Positions 36,551 to 49,400 of a stretch of DNA of 64,000 nt are shown here, one piece after another. The notes beneath the pieces were generated by a model. It had not been told where the DNA came from, searched no databases, and was given only the letters and a program-made list of their open reading frames with translations. The position numbers and the translations under genes are program-made. The DNA is from Zygnema circumcarinatum SAG 698-1b (lineage: Eukaryota; Plantae; Zygnematophyceae). The stretch lies in the NCBI GenBank assembly GCA_037447605.1, contig CM074805.1:3629361-3693360 (forward strand), written 5' to 3'. Each line of letters begins with the position of its first letter. Position 1 is the stretch's first letter.

Positions 36551-39500
36551 TGTAGCGTAGTGGAGCTGCGCTCGACGGATCCGCGTCAGTTCCGTTGTAC
36601 TTGACATATGCCTCTTCAGTGTCACGGACCGGCATAATCCAGGAGCTGCGGACGGAGAATGCGAGAAGGCGGCGCCATGTGTTGGCGGCCCACGGAACAG
36701 CACACCATCCAGCAAGGCNNNNNNNNNNATGACAGAGGCAGGGGTTCCAGAGGGGGTCTGTCTTGCCTGTGGCACGAATCATAATCCGAGGCTGCGCTGT
36801 GGGCCATGGACCTGCACTTTCTGCCAGATTACGGGACATGATGCCCGTGTATGCATGCGGAGACTCTCCAGTGAGAAAGCCCGAAAGGGGAAGGATGCAG
36901 CTGCAGGGAGCTCTCTTGCAGAGATCACTTTCATGGACATGCTCCCGCTACCCACACACACCACCACTTGAGAAAACCCATGCCCTCACCGCCCACCTCC
37001 TTCACTCCTCTTATACTCATCCCAAGAAAGTCCACATCCATCTCAGACTCCTATGGAGTCCTCCTGGATAAACGCCTTAGGCCGAAGTCCGGGATCTGGC
37101 TGCCCGCACACATCGCTACCGACATTGCCGCAAAGATTGCAACCGCTTGGTCTGAATCCCCTGGTCACCTCTGGTGGGAGAGTGTCAAGCCCAGACGCAT
37201 TTATTGCAGCCGCCTTGGCGCAGCTCCCCAGGAACCAGTGATCCTCATTCGCATCCCCCGCCATCTCCCTCGCCAAACGCTGCAAATGCCAGCTCCTTCC
37301 GCACTGCCTCCACACTGCCGAGAACCTCCGCCCTCCCTCTTCCACGGTCATCCTTGTTCCATGCTTGAGGAGGGATACTGACATTTTACCGGTGGGAGGC
37401 GCTGGCGGCTGCATGCCGTAGCCGCATAGCCGCGACAGAGGACATGTACGTGAATCTCCCTATCGCCTCGGGCGTGCCCGCTGCTTATCCTCAAGCGCCG
37501 ACACGCACTACCTCCCCTCGGCCAGATGTGGCCTATATCCCCTCATTGAACGATGGTTCATCGCCTACGGGGACAGTACAAGATCGAATTACCTTGTCAC
37601 GCTTGGGATGCAGCTTGGTTCCGTGCCTACTGTAGTTCAGCTGGTTTACGCTGCAGGCCACTGCAGCCTCCCACGTTCCTATGGCACCTCCTCCCGCATC
37701 CTCGGGCCAGATATATTAATTACATGGCTAACGCTTCTTCCATTCTCGCTCGCTCTCCTCCCGCCACGCCCCTTTTGCCGCATTCATATGTCCTCCCTCT
37801 CATCCCAACACCCAATGTGCGGATCATTGTCAATGTATGGCTGAATGGCCATCCTAGCAAGGCCATGATAGACACTGGAGCTATGCGCACAGTTCTGTCT
37901 AAACCAGTGATGAAGGCTACAGGTGTTAAGTTGGACAAGACACTTGAACCCATCCCCAGATATGTGGGGGTTGAGGGTAGTCTGCATGAAGGTTTGGGCA
38001 GTGCACAGGTGATCATCAGCCTTGGAGAGATGGGAGCCACAGTGAATGCGGTCATCACTGCCGCTGAGCATTATTTTATCCTGCTTGGCTCAGATTGGCT
38101 CATTGCAATGGGGGCACAAATTGACTTTTCCACATGTCAGCTGCACTTATCTACTGGAGGGACAGATTGCTCCTTCCCCATAATACTTGAGTCCCTTGCC
38201 ACCTCCGCCTTCCCCAAACGACACGCCACGGCGCAGGTCTCATACCCAGAGATCAACATGTACCATGCGGTCGGCAGTCCCCATTCTTCCTATGGATCTG
38301 CCAATTCTGATACTGAGGAAGAGACTCCCCCTCCTGCTCCTCCGGGTCCAGCCCTCTGTGCGCAGACAGAAGACCTTTTGCCGCCGGTGATAGCTACACC
38401 CAGCTTCCCCGCCCACGAGACCATCAGTGATGAAGAGTGGCTGAAGATAGAGGGACAGATGCGATTGGGGCCAGCAGTACTCTCAGACCCAATCAAGCAT
38501 TCGCAATTGCGACAAGTGCTGCGCCGCAATCACCTAGTTTTTGCCCGCCATGCACTCGACATCGGAAAGACCCACCTGATTGAGCATCACATCGATACGG
38601 GAGATTCCCCCCCAGTGATGACCATGACCCCTTATCGCTTTTCCGCTGCTCAACAGGCCGATGTCGAAAGACAGATCGATGAGAATGTGGCTGCCGGATT
38701 GATGGAACCCGGAGAAGGACCTTGGGCCAGCCCGGCCGTTTTGCCACCAAAGCCGGATGGCACTTTCGCTTCGCGGAGACTATCGAAACTCGAACGCAGC
38801 GGGATCTAAGTGGGATCCTTTTATACATTGCCTCTGGGATAGGGACTTTATTCTCCACGGGCGCCTCCCCGATGACCAAGAGCCCAAGATCGATATGCGT
38901 AAGTCCTTCTCGCATCCTTTGCGACAAAGCCAATCGCCGCAAAGATGGCTTTTTGCACGCCACACACGCCAGGCAGTGGACAAGGCTTCCCTTTGGGCTC
39001 AAGAATTCCAGCCAAACTCACCAGCGCCTGGCCAACCAGGTCTTCGGTCCCTGTCGCGCCTTCTGCGAACCGTATGTGGATGATGCTTCCCTCCACAGCA
39101 AGGATTGGTCCTCCCACCTGCAACACATTGACCAAGTACTGCAACAGCTCATCAGTGCGAGTTTGAAGATTGCCCCCAAGAAATGCAAGCGGGGCCATCA
39201 GGAGATCACTCACCTAGGACATCGTCTTGGCATCAATGGACTGAAGCCATCACTCGACAAAATTGAGGCCATTGACCTCATGCCAGTTCCACAGAACCTC
39301 ACTCAGCTCAAATCTTTCTTGGGACTCACCTCATTCTATCGCCGGTTCATCAAGGGTTATGCCCTTATCGCGCGTCCCCTACATGCCTTGGAGAAACACG
39401 GAGTCCACTACGAATGGAGCCGAGCGCAAGATCTGTCCTTCAATGCACTCAAGAGTGCCCTCGCCAGAGCTCCTTATGCGCATCAATTCAACCCACCACT

Positions 39501-42500
39501 TACAATCATTGGCGCCCGGTGGAGTGGGAGGCGGGCTTTGGGAGAAGGCGTGGCGATCAAGCATTCTCGATGGGGAACACCGGTCCGTTTATGCGGTCTG
39601 ATTAAACCAAAGGGCCAAGAATGCGACCCCCTCACGAGGCGAGGGCAGCCCGGCTATTCTCACAGGCACTCGAGGGGTTTAAAGCTCAACTACGACTACC
39701 GGCCATTGTCGTGGTTGACACGCTACTTTCCATGCGCACATCATGGCTACCTGGGCCAGGATTTGCCGCGTTGGGTGATGAAGTTGAGGAGTATAATGTA
39801 CTTCAAGGTCACTTCACCGCCTCGACTCCTGAGCCACTCAAGCAATGCAGACGCCCTCGGCCAAACTTTGGCTCCACTCCTTCGCCACACGATCCGCCGC
39901 CTCAACTCCATCATCCCACCCACCCTTCAACCCCGAAAGACCTTCCCATCGAGATTTTATTGCAAATCAAGACTCCGCATGATGTCATATTCGCCGATGG
40001 GCTGATTGATATTCCGGCCACGGCCACCACCCTCCATCGCTGGCAAGACCCTGACTTCACCCACGGCCACCCTCATGCGGATCCTTGGGAACTCCTCATG
40101 GATGACGACGGCGAAGCTCCCTTTCTTCCTCCCTCACTTCCCGAAAGTGCCAATGACGCTCACTGGACTCTCTTCTCGCTACGCCATGACTCACACACCG
40201 CCTCTTTATCACCGACACCGGAGAGGCTCGCCATTCCGCTGAATCCTCGGCGATGATGATGGTCAGATTCTCTACCTCCCTCCGCCTTCCTGCTCCTTCC
40301 CCAACGGCGCCATGGAAATCCCGATGTCGCCCACGATGCCAGCAGAAGCCTCCGCCGATTCCACCTGGCCGTAAGAAGATGGTCGCCATGCCGCAGAGCG
40401 CCATTATCGCCCCGACTCCATGCATGCTATGGAGCCGAGCACAGCCGAAACCTCAAGCACTGCTGCCAACGCCACTCTCCACCGCCAACCCCTAGGGATG
40501 GGTGAGATCCGGATACGAGGCGTTGCAGAAGATTGGAACATTGACACCTTTTCTATCCCCCAGCTCGGCACCCCCTCTGGCTACATTCGGGTATTCCTAG
40601 CAGTGGACAGATACACCAAATGGGTGGAAGTTCACGCTACACCTAAGCACTAGTCCATACTCGCTGCTCTCTCGACGCTAATATTCACCGGGCTACTTTC
40701 CCCTACTGCTCACTCGACAATGGCATCAATATTAAAGGGGCGTTTGCTGCCTATGCAAGACTTCCGCGATTATTCACCGCATTCTCAAATTTCTACTCCC
40801 CGCGTATCGGGCTTAACGCAGACCATATGACCGCCAAGGACGCTGTAGCCCGCAAGCGCGCTGAGCCGGAGGCGGATCATACAGGTCATCCTCCCCTCGC
40901 CTACTTTACAACACTTCGTGCACTCCTCCACCGCTTTCCTACAGCCTTATGGCCGTAGAAGCTCCCGCGATTCCCTTGACCTCCTCTCCCTCGCTGAGCT
41001 CTCACGGCGACGCTTCCCCTGCATCGGGTAGCTCCGCCTTCCTAGCCTCCGCTTCCAAACCCTAGATTCCATGGCATCCCACCGCCTCGAACGCGCGCAC
41101 AGACGACAACTCACCGACTTTGGGAGGCGCCGACGCGCTGCTCTCCCGCCCAAACAGGTCCCGCCACGTCAGCTCATTTCTCTGGCTCAGGAATCTCGCC
41201 AAACCGAGTCAACGGGCTCCTCCGTGGTTGGGCCCCTTATTTTGTGTCGGTCCGTCGGAGATCCCGGGTTGGGCCATCATTTCGGAGGGCCCTGACTCCA
41301 GTGGGAACGCCCGGCGCTGGCGTTCACACTGGATCGACATTCGTGCCGCCACGTCAGCGGTTCCTCCCCCCCGCGATGGCTGACCGTTCGCGACCGACAG
41401 CGCAGCCTCCTCCGTACCCACCCCTGCCATGACTACTCCTCATTGGTCCATTTCTACCCCGCCACTTTGCCACTACCAACATTTCGCCACCGTCGCCTTT
41501 CCGAGCAAGGTCATAAAGCAATTTTTCTCCCTTGCTTAATGTACGCTGAAGCTTTCCATATGGCTACCGATTTCGCTTAATGGGCGGCCTCTCCGCCTGC
41601 ATCATTGTTTCTCCTTCCTTCTCTTCATTGGCAGGGCGGCGCTTTGTTTTTCTCGCATGTGCTATGTGATGTAGCGTAGTGGAGCTGCTAAGCTGACGGA
41701 TCCGCTGCCAGTTCCGCGTGTACTTTACATATGCCTTTTCAGTGTCACTTCTGACCGCATACCTAGAGCCGCCATTTTATAATGGCGCAGAAGGCGGGCG
41801 CCATGTGTTGGCGCTCCACGGAACAAGACACCATCCAAGGCGCGACTTCGGAGCGCCAGACAATGCCGCCGACCGCCATTTGTTGACCCATCGGCTGCCC
41901 ACGAGTCGGCCAGGCTCTCGCTGGCAGTTGGCCAATCGGTGACTGCCAATGCTAAGACTGGGTGATCTACCGCCGCATAAGTAGATGGGATGTCAGTGAT
42001 GCTAGTTTGTCTTTTAGTGTTGGGCTTAGTATTTGTATTTGCTGTGTGGTTTGTTGTCTTGTTCTGCTTTTTCTGCCTCTTCAGCTCCAGCAACAGATGC
42101 TAGGTAAGAGAGAGAGAGAGAGAGTTCCATTGCATAGAGAGAAAGAGAAAGAGTCTTCTTGCTGATAGCATTTAGACATCCCATTCAGCCCAGCCAGACA
42201 AAGATTTCAGTGAGAAGACACTTTCATTGTAATGACAATCCCCCGCCAATCGCTGGCTGGGGTGAGTTTCCAAAACACAACCTTTATCTAAGCTGAGTCC
42301 TATTTTCCCCTTGCTGTCACTATGCCAAGCTACCATCTTGTGATATCCTGCCTTACACTCCTCCTAATGACCGATGATAACTAGAAGTCTAGCGAAGAGA
42401 ATAGCCGAAGAGAGGACAGGGGAAGAGAGCCCCCAAGGAAGGGCTCTTTGCGCATCGAGTCCAGCCGCCGGTGGGAACATCTTCAGGATCCCTACGTCTT

Positions 42501-42666
42501 CCGCTGCGCGTACCTCTGAATCCCCCGGATCCTGGCTCTATGCTGCAGGCAGACCCACAGCACCAACACAACCCTTCATCAGTTTCAGCACGGACGCGCG
42601 AGTGGCCGTACAGCACCTGCGACTAGCTCAGCAGTCTCCCCTTAACCCCACTTATCTTGTGCTACA
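36551..42666 (+). mobile_element. Ty3/Gypsy LTR retrotransposon, copy 2 (same family, diverged subfamily)
   Basis: TGTAGC...GCTACA ends, 4-bp TSD CCTT, 3' LTR 41670-42666 (997 bp). Gag zinc knuckle CTFCQITGHDARVC (~36810-36850), protease AMIDTGA (~37870), RT YVDD (~39075), then RNase H and integrase remnants with many frameshifts. Confidence 0.93.
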
Positions 42667-43455
42667 CCTTCGTTGTTTCCCCCCACTGTACAGTGCGAAA
42701 TCAGTACGGTTCCGTATATCAAAATGTACGAACAATAGACCATAGCCAGACCATAGTCCACAGACCATAGACCGTCGACCATAGGTCAACTGCGACCGAG
42801 GTAGCGGCGCATGCCCGATGGTCTGATGGCCCCATGGGCCGGTCCACCATCCATGCATGGCCCATCCCATGTTTCTTTATTGCATGCTTCCAGATGGGAG
42901 ATCTAACTTATCCTCACGTCAGGCAAAAGTCAGAGATTATCTCCTGGTTTTGGGTTTTTTGCTGTTAACGCGCCTCAGCGCCCTCCCTCCAAAGTCAATG
43001 GGAAGGGTCCTTTCGGGTTGTACTGCAGAACCGAAGCTCCACAGCAAGCCCGGGACTAAACACGGGGACTCAAACACTGCTGAATTTGAATCTCCCCACC
43101 ACGGGTAGCGCACAGGCCAGAGGAGCAGCAAGCTTGGTAACAAATTGTGAGCAACACCAAATGCTGCACTGCTAGTAGAGAAGTAAAAGTGCATTGCTTT
43201 CATACTCACATAAAAGTATTCGAACAAAAATATCATCTCTCTTTTTCTAGAAACAACAATAACGTAAAGACACTGCACGTAGGGGGGGGGCTGTACATCA
43301 GCATACGTATACACTGCGGAAATGAACTCCTAGGGGAAACAACAAAATTAACTAATTAAAAAAGAGCTGCAAACCACCGGATAAATAATAATCTTATAAG
43401 TTGTACAACACAGATTTGTGAATATATGCCCCTATCTAGTCCCGACATGGACTAG

Positions 43456-46400
43456 TCAAGAGGGCTCGACTTTCCGCACTGCCACCGACAGTCTTTGGAT
43501 CTTGTCTGCCATTTCCCCTAGCACTCGCCCCCTTGTGCCTGCACCCTCCTCCTCCAGAAACTTTACGGATCTCACGCAGAGATGCAAGTACAGCTTGATC
43601 TCGTTCAGGAGCACCACCTTGGCAGACACGGCTACCCCAAGTTCCACCACTCCGTCCATCCCATCCACAGAGTCGTCATCCGCCCTCTTCTCAATGCTAT
43701 GCTCGTCGAGCATGGAGCTCTCGCGAGCATCCTGCAGCCACGCCATGACTGACTCGCTCACCCGCCTCAAAGGGGAATCCACGTTCCCTTCACTGCCATC
43801 GGGGGAGCCTCCCCAGTGAGGTGCGCCCTTCACTGTTCCCCATCTTGATGGCCGAGGAGTCCCTTGTGAAACATCGTTCCGCCGACCCCCTCCACCCATA
43901 TCTCCTGGATGGATTACTTTTCCATGACTGTCAGGAGTTCCCGTTGACAGACCAGGAGAGAGAGGAAGCAAAGACTGACTGCGTGATGGGTGCGGCTGCT
44001 CTCTAGAAGTATGTTTTGTCCTTAGGAGGGTCTCCAGAACATGCTCCTTTTCTAAAGCGCCAAGCCCTGCCTCCAAGAGCAAAGCCACAACAGACCGCCT
44101 CGGCTTGCTGTCCCCTCGCTCTGCCCACATTTCCAATTCTCGACGCAACAAACCACTCCATATGTCCACTTCTTCAAGAGCCAATTCCCAAGGGGACTGC
44201 ATCGAAACCTCCATGCGAGCAACAGGTAGCCGCGAAAGGAGCCCCGGAAACCATGCCTTCGCTCTCAGACGCAGCTTTTTGCTCCAACTTGCACCGCCTT
44301 CAGAAGGAGGTCCAGGACTGTCTCCTGGTGACAGATTAGGGCTGCCCCCCCGCATAAAGTCTGGTCCAGAAGAGGCTGAGCTTGGAGAGTTTCTTTCCGC
44401 TGCAGGCATGACAGCAAAGAAATCCCGGAAAGGGCCTGCAAGCTTCAGAGGTGAAACTTCTAGTGGCGGCAAGGAGTCACTTGCGGAAGACCCTGCGGTC
44501 GTCTCCACAGGACGGAGCGCCAACACCTGGAGAAAGGAGTGAAGCTTTAGGAGAGCGCAACTCAGGAAGCTGAATCATTGCATAGACTTTTTGACGTAGA
44601 GTAAGGAGGCGGCAATCACAACATAGGGTCGAGTTCAGGCTTTCGATGTACAAAACATGGGTTGATGTGACAGGGCTCTTCAAACAGGGCAAGAACCACT
44701 GCCTTCTGGGCCTCCTATACCATTCCACTAAGAACAGGACATCACTATAAAAGTTTCAGACAAATGAAGTGGACAGGTGTACAAAACACTTTGCAGACAC
44801 GACAACAACAATTATCTGTTCACCTCCCAACAGAACGGGATATTCATTACCTACCGCACTGCTTCTGCCATTCCGTTAACCGCTCTGTTTGCCTTTGGTC
44901 AGTCATTCACGAAGGGAGGACACTACGCAGGACGTCTAAAGGAAGAGACACTCCTTGTACAAATATTGGAGCTTATGTACCATGTATAACCGCATGCTAA
45001 ATGGATGAATGCCATACAGTCCTCGTAATCTAATCCACAAGTCACACCTTGCATACTATAAATCACACAATAAGTTTTAAACAAGCCGATGAGTTCACAA
45101 ACACGCACACTCCAGGTTCACTAGCTTTCGGAGAACAAATACCTTATGCCAAAGTTCAAAACCCTCATGACGTGGGACCCTCTGTGTGCAAGTGTGGCAA
45201 TCAGAAGCCGACAGGACAACAAGATGCAAAAACTGAAACGGATTGGGTGCAAGAGATGTAAGCATAGTTAAGGCAGTAATGATGAGTCTAAATACATCGA
45301 AGAGACAAGACGATGACAACAATGGATGAAGGACGCAAAAAAGACGAATACCGTGCATCCCATTTGAGGAGCTCCTGTCAGTTAACCGCTTGAAAGGGAT
45401 ACTTTGCACTTATTATACCCAAACTGACTTCCTCACCTGTATTACGCTGACGTGTGGTAGCACTGAGCCTTCTGGAGGAAGCGCAGCATCTGCCACCAGT
45501 CGCAGCCGATTTGGGCCCCCAGCCCGCCTCTCAAAGGCCTTTCTCAGCTTGTCGGCTAAGCTTGCAGTGGTACAGCTCCTGCACAATCAGTGTATCAGTG
45601 AACATCCGTCAGCCCCCTTTTTGACCATCTTCCGCGATGGCATTCTCGCCACACTATGTGTTTTAGGCTTCCACAAATGCTTCCCAGCTTTTGCGTAGCA
45701 GGCTTCCCTGGCTTTAAATTATTCTAAATTTATCCTCTCATGTATTCAACGAAGCGACTTGGGATGAAATTTGAGGACGCCTTCAACAGGAAACAGCAGT
45801 CGCAATCGAATGCACCTAGCCAACCAACATTTGAGAGGAAGCGTCATTCAAGCAGGGTAAGCAGAGGAGCATACTCCCACCTGGGCTCCCGATAGACGAA
45901 CTCCTTTCCATCCAGAATTGAACCGAAACGCTCTCCATGGAAGCTCACAAGGAAGAAAGCTGATTCTGCCGAGCTGGCAGCCCGTGGTTGCGCGTCTTGG
46001 CAGGCAGCCATGGTCGCATAGACCTGCTCGAGACCGCGATGGCAGCGAACGAGGCCCTTGATGTTGCCCCGCTTCTTGTGGAGGGCCACCAAAACTTCAA
46101 ACACCTGCGGCACAGTACATGGCACAGAAAGCAGCACCTCAGCTCACCAAAAAAGTTCCATTTTATCACAGAATTTCAGAACCATCCAATGCCAAAAAGC
46201 CCAGGCAGGATTTGGACTTCACAAGGCATGAAGACGATGCAAGGGAGAGGGAGAGAGGTAAAGGCTTCATCTTGGCAAGAACTGAAGGACGCCGAGACGT
46301 GGACAGACTAGGAAAGACTCGAACCCCACTCCTATGAGCTTGGGATGTTCTGTTCTCCACACATGATGAGAGGGCCAAAGGGCAATTTCTTGAGAGTTCG

Positions 46401-49400
46401 AAGCATACCTCAGCAGCTAAGCCAAACAGACCACCGGCTGTAAAAAGTTCCCCTGCTGTCTGCAAATACTCGGCCGCCACATCCTCCCTCACCTGCAAAT
46501 ATCCTTCCACCTGCCCCAAAACAAAGCTCGTCCAGCCTCCTTCCTCCCCAGGGGCCCTTAGACCCAAAGACTGCATGATAGCTTGGGAGGACTGCCTCTC
46601 TAATCGCCCCCCTCCCATCCTGACAGGTGCATTCCGATCGCTGACGGACGCATTCCGATCATTGAGCCCCTTCCCTTCTGCAAGTCCTTTCCCTTCTGAG
46701 GTCGTTGCGCTGCCCGCTTTAATTCGGGCCCAAGTGGCTTCAAATGACTGGTCCAGAGCTGTTTCTTGCACGTCTGACACCTGGCTTGTTTCCTGCACTG
46801 ACTCCTGATTTTCGTCAGGTTGCAATGTCTTCTTTCTGCTCTGCAGCCCATTTCTAATCTCTGCCTGCGAAAAGTGTGCATTCAGCAGCCCCTCCAGTTG
46901 GTTGCCTCTCCCAGTTGGCAGCACCCCCTCAAGTTGGTTGCTTCTCCCACTTGGCAGCAGTCCCTCAAGTTGGTTGCCTCTCCCACTTGGCAGCAGTCCC
47001 TCAAGTTGGTTGCCTCTCCCACTTGGCAGCAACCCCTCAAGTTGGTTGCCTCTTCCACTTGGCAGCAGTCCCTCAAATTGGTTGCCTCTCCCACTTGGCA
47101 GCAACCCCTCAAGTTGGTTGCCTCTCCCACTTGGTAGCAGCCCCTCCAATTGATTCCCTTTCGCACTTGATCTCCACAGCCCAGAGACGCCACCACCGCC
47201 GCCGGCACCAATGCTTTCCTTCGGGCTCTCTTTTGGACTCTGCTTTGCTGCCGCCCTCAGGAGACCTTGGCTGACCTTTGGCATGTCTGGACAGATTCTT
47301 TGAAGTAGACTCAGATGCCTCCTGCTAAATCCCCATTCACTTTCGTCTTGAAGCCCCAAAAGGTATTGCAAGATGATACCTGCTGCTGCCACACGACATT
47401 GTGCGGCTTCTGCGAAGCCCGCAGGAAGGCAGTCGAGATGGCTAAGGCTGAGTTGCTGCAGCCAATGAAGACGAAGGTCGGGAACATGGGCGCTCGCATT
47501 GGAGCAAGCCAACTGACATTCAGCAATAGCATGAAGGTCGCTCGCTTGGGACTTCTGCACTCAAAAAACCACAGCCATCGAGATTGATACTCAATGCCTA
47601 GCATTGCAAAATGACTTAGTGCAAGCAATCACTGCTGGTTTTAGCCACCATTGTCCCGGAGCCAAACGTGAGACTCTCAAACTGATAGAATCTGAAATAA
47701 AACGAGAATCATCATGGGCTCTTAAACGATAACCTACAAACCTACACGGAGAAAGCATTGGCATCATTCCAACCTTTACTGCCCCACCCCTCCCCCACTT
47801 TCCCCCTCGCCCCTCTACCCTCGAACCACCCTTAACCACCCTAAATGCTCACACTCCGAGCCGATCACTGCAGTACACTTCACAGCAAAGTGGACTCACC
47901 GCAACAACGTACTCTCGCCACATGTTGATGTAGTGCTTTATCACAGCACACATCCCCTTCAGCTCCTCCCACCTCCAGCTCCCTGCTAGTTCCTCTAGGC
48001 CATTCTCCGGCAGACTGTAGTCCCGCAGAAGCTCCTCACAGTAATTTTTGGAGCACATCATTCTAAGAAGTGCCCTAAGTCGGGCTTTTGACACTGCGTC
48101 CCATTTTTTTGGTCCTGCCGCAGGCCAGTCTTCACTCCCAGTCAAACTGGTGGAGGACCAAGGAGGACTGCTTTCAGAACTGGCCACACCTCGATCTCCT
48201 GCTCTCTCACGCTGCGCTACAGTGTCTGATCGCAAACCTCTCGATTCCAAATGATTATTCGCGAGAGCAGCTGGCTCAGACCCTGCAGACGCAGCCTCTG
48301 CAAGGCTTTGCCTGAGAGCACTTATGAATGGAGGAGGGGCTGAGTCAGACAATTGTCCATGGTTGAACGAGAGTGACGAACTAAGAACATCAGTCTGTTG
48401 GCTCGGTTTAAGATGTACATTATGTTCTGCAGTTGTCTGCTCTAATTCACCCAATGGAGCACCAAAATCTGCTGAATTACGGGCAGAATTACGTCCTGAA
48501 CCTCGGCCTTTCAGCGGCCGTAAATCATCGTCCTTCTGATCCTGGCTGGCTGGGGGACTGCTCTCTCTCCAATCTGGTCTATCTCCCCATGAGGTTGGTG
48601 CTTCAACAGAGCCATTCTGCCTTTCTGGCCAATACCCACGCCCAGGCAGCGGAAAATCGTCATCGTTCTGCAATTCTGATCCAGTGAGGTCTGAAAATAT
48701 CTTCTTCGCTCTTGATGTCATCCTCTTCCACTGAGATGTTCTTGCATGCTGCGCATCTGGTGAAGGAAAGAAAGCAAAGTTGCGAGGGGGAGATGCCCCA
48801 GGAGCATGAGCTGCGCCTGACTGCTCTGCAAGCGATGCATCGAGTGAGTCTGAACCCGGGCCACCTTGGGGCCGCAAATGGGAGTACAGATCCAACGTGC
48901 TGGAAGGGGGCTCCTGCACAGTGGCAGTCTGGGAAGAGCTGTTTGGCTGCTTCAAGAGGTCAGCCACAGCAAGGGTGAGGGCCATGGTCATGGTGGCCAC
49001 CGACCCATGTTCATGGTACGAGTCCTGCAGCACAACAGGAACCATCAGGAACTTGTATCGACTCTCTTGCTCGAAACTTGCTCAGAAGAAGTTTGAAATA
49101 GACTTACAATGACCTTGCTTTGCTCAAACTCAGTTCAAGTTCAGTTCCAGTTCAGTTCAATGCTGCATATTCTGACGAACGCTTACCTTTACAAGAAGCT
49201 AGATTGTCCTGCCACTTACATGTTGACAACTAGTCCTAATGGCATTCATGGGATGTGTTCAATGGAGAATTAACAATTCCAGCATAACGGAAAATAAAAA
49301 TCGGAGTCCTGCCTGGAACATCAGACCTTTCGAAGAGACGAATTTAAGATTTAAATGGGGAGGGACAGGTGGACATGAAATTCGTCCTTGAGCTCACTGC

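Noticed and set aside
39480-41900. Heavy frameshifting in Gypsy copy 2 as ancient decay or programmed frameshifting
   Set aside because: Dense small indels, including in the 3' LTR relative to the 5' LTR, alongside a perfect TSD look like low-accuracy long-read gap filling.
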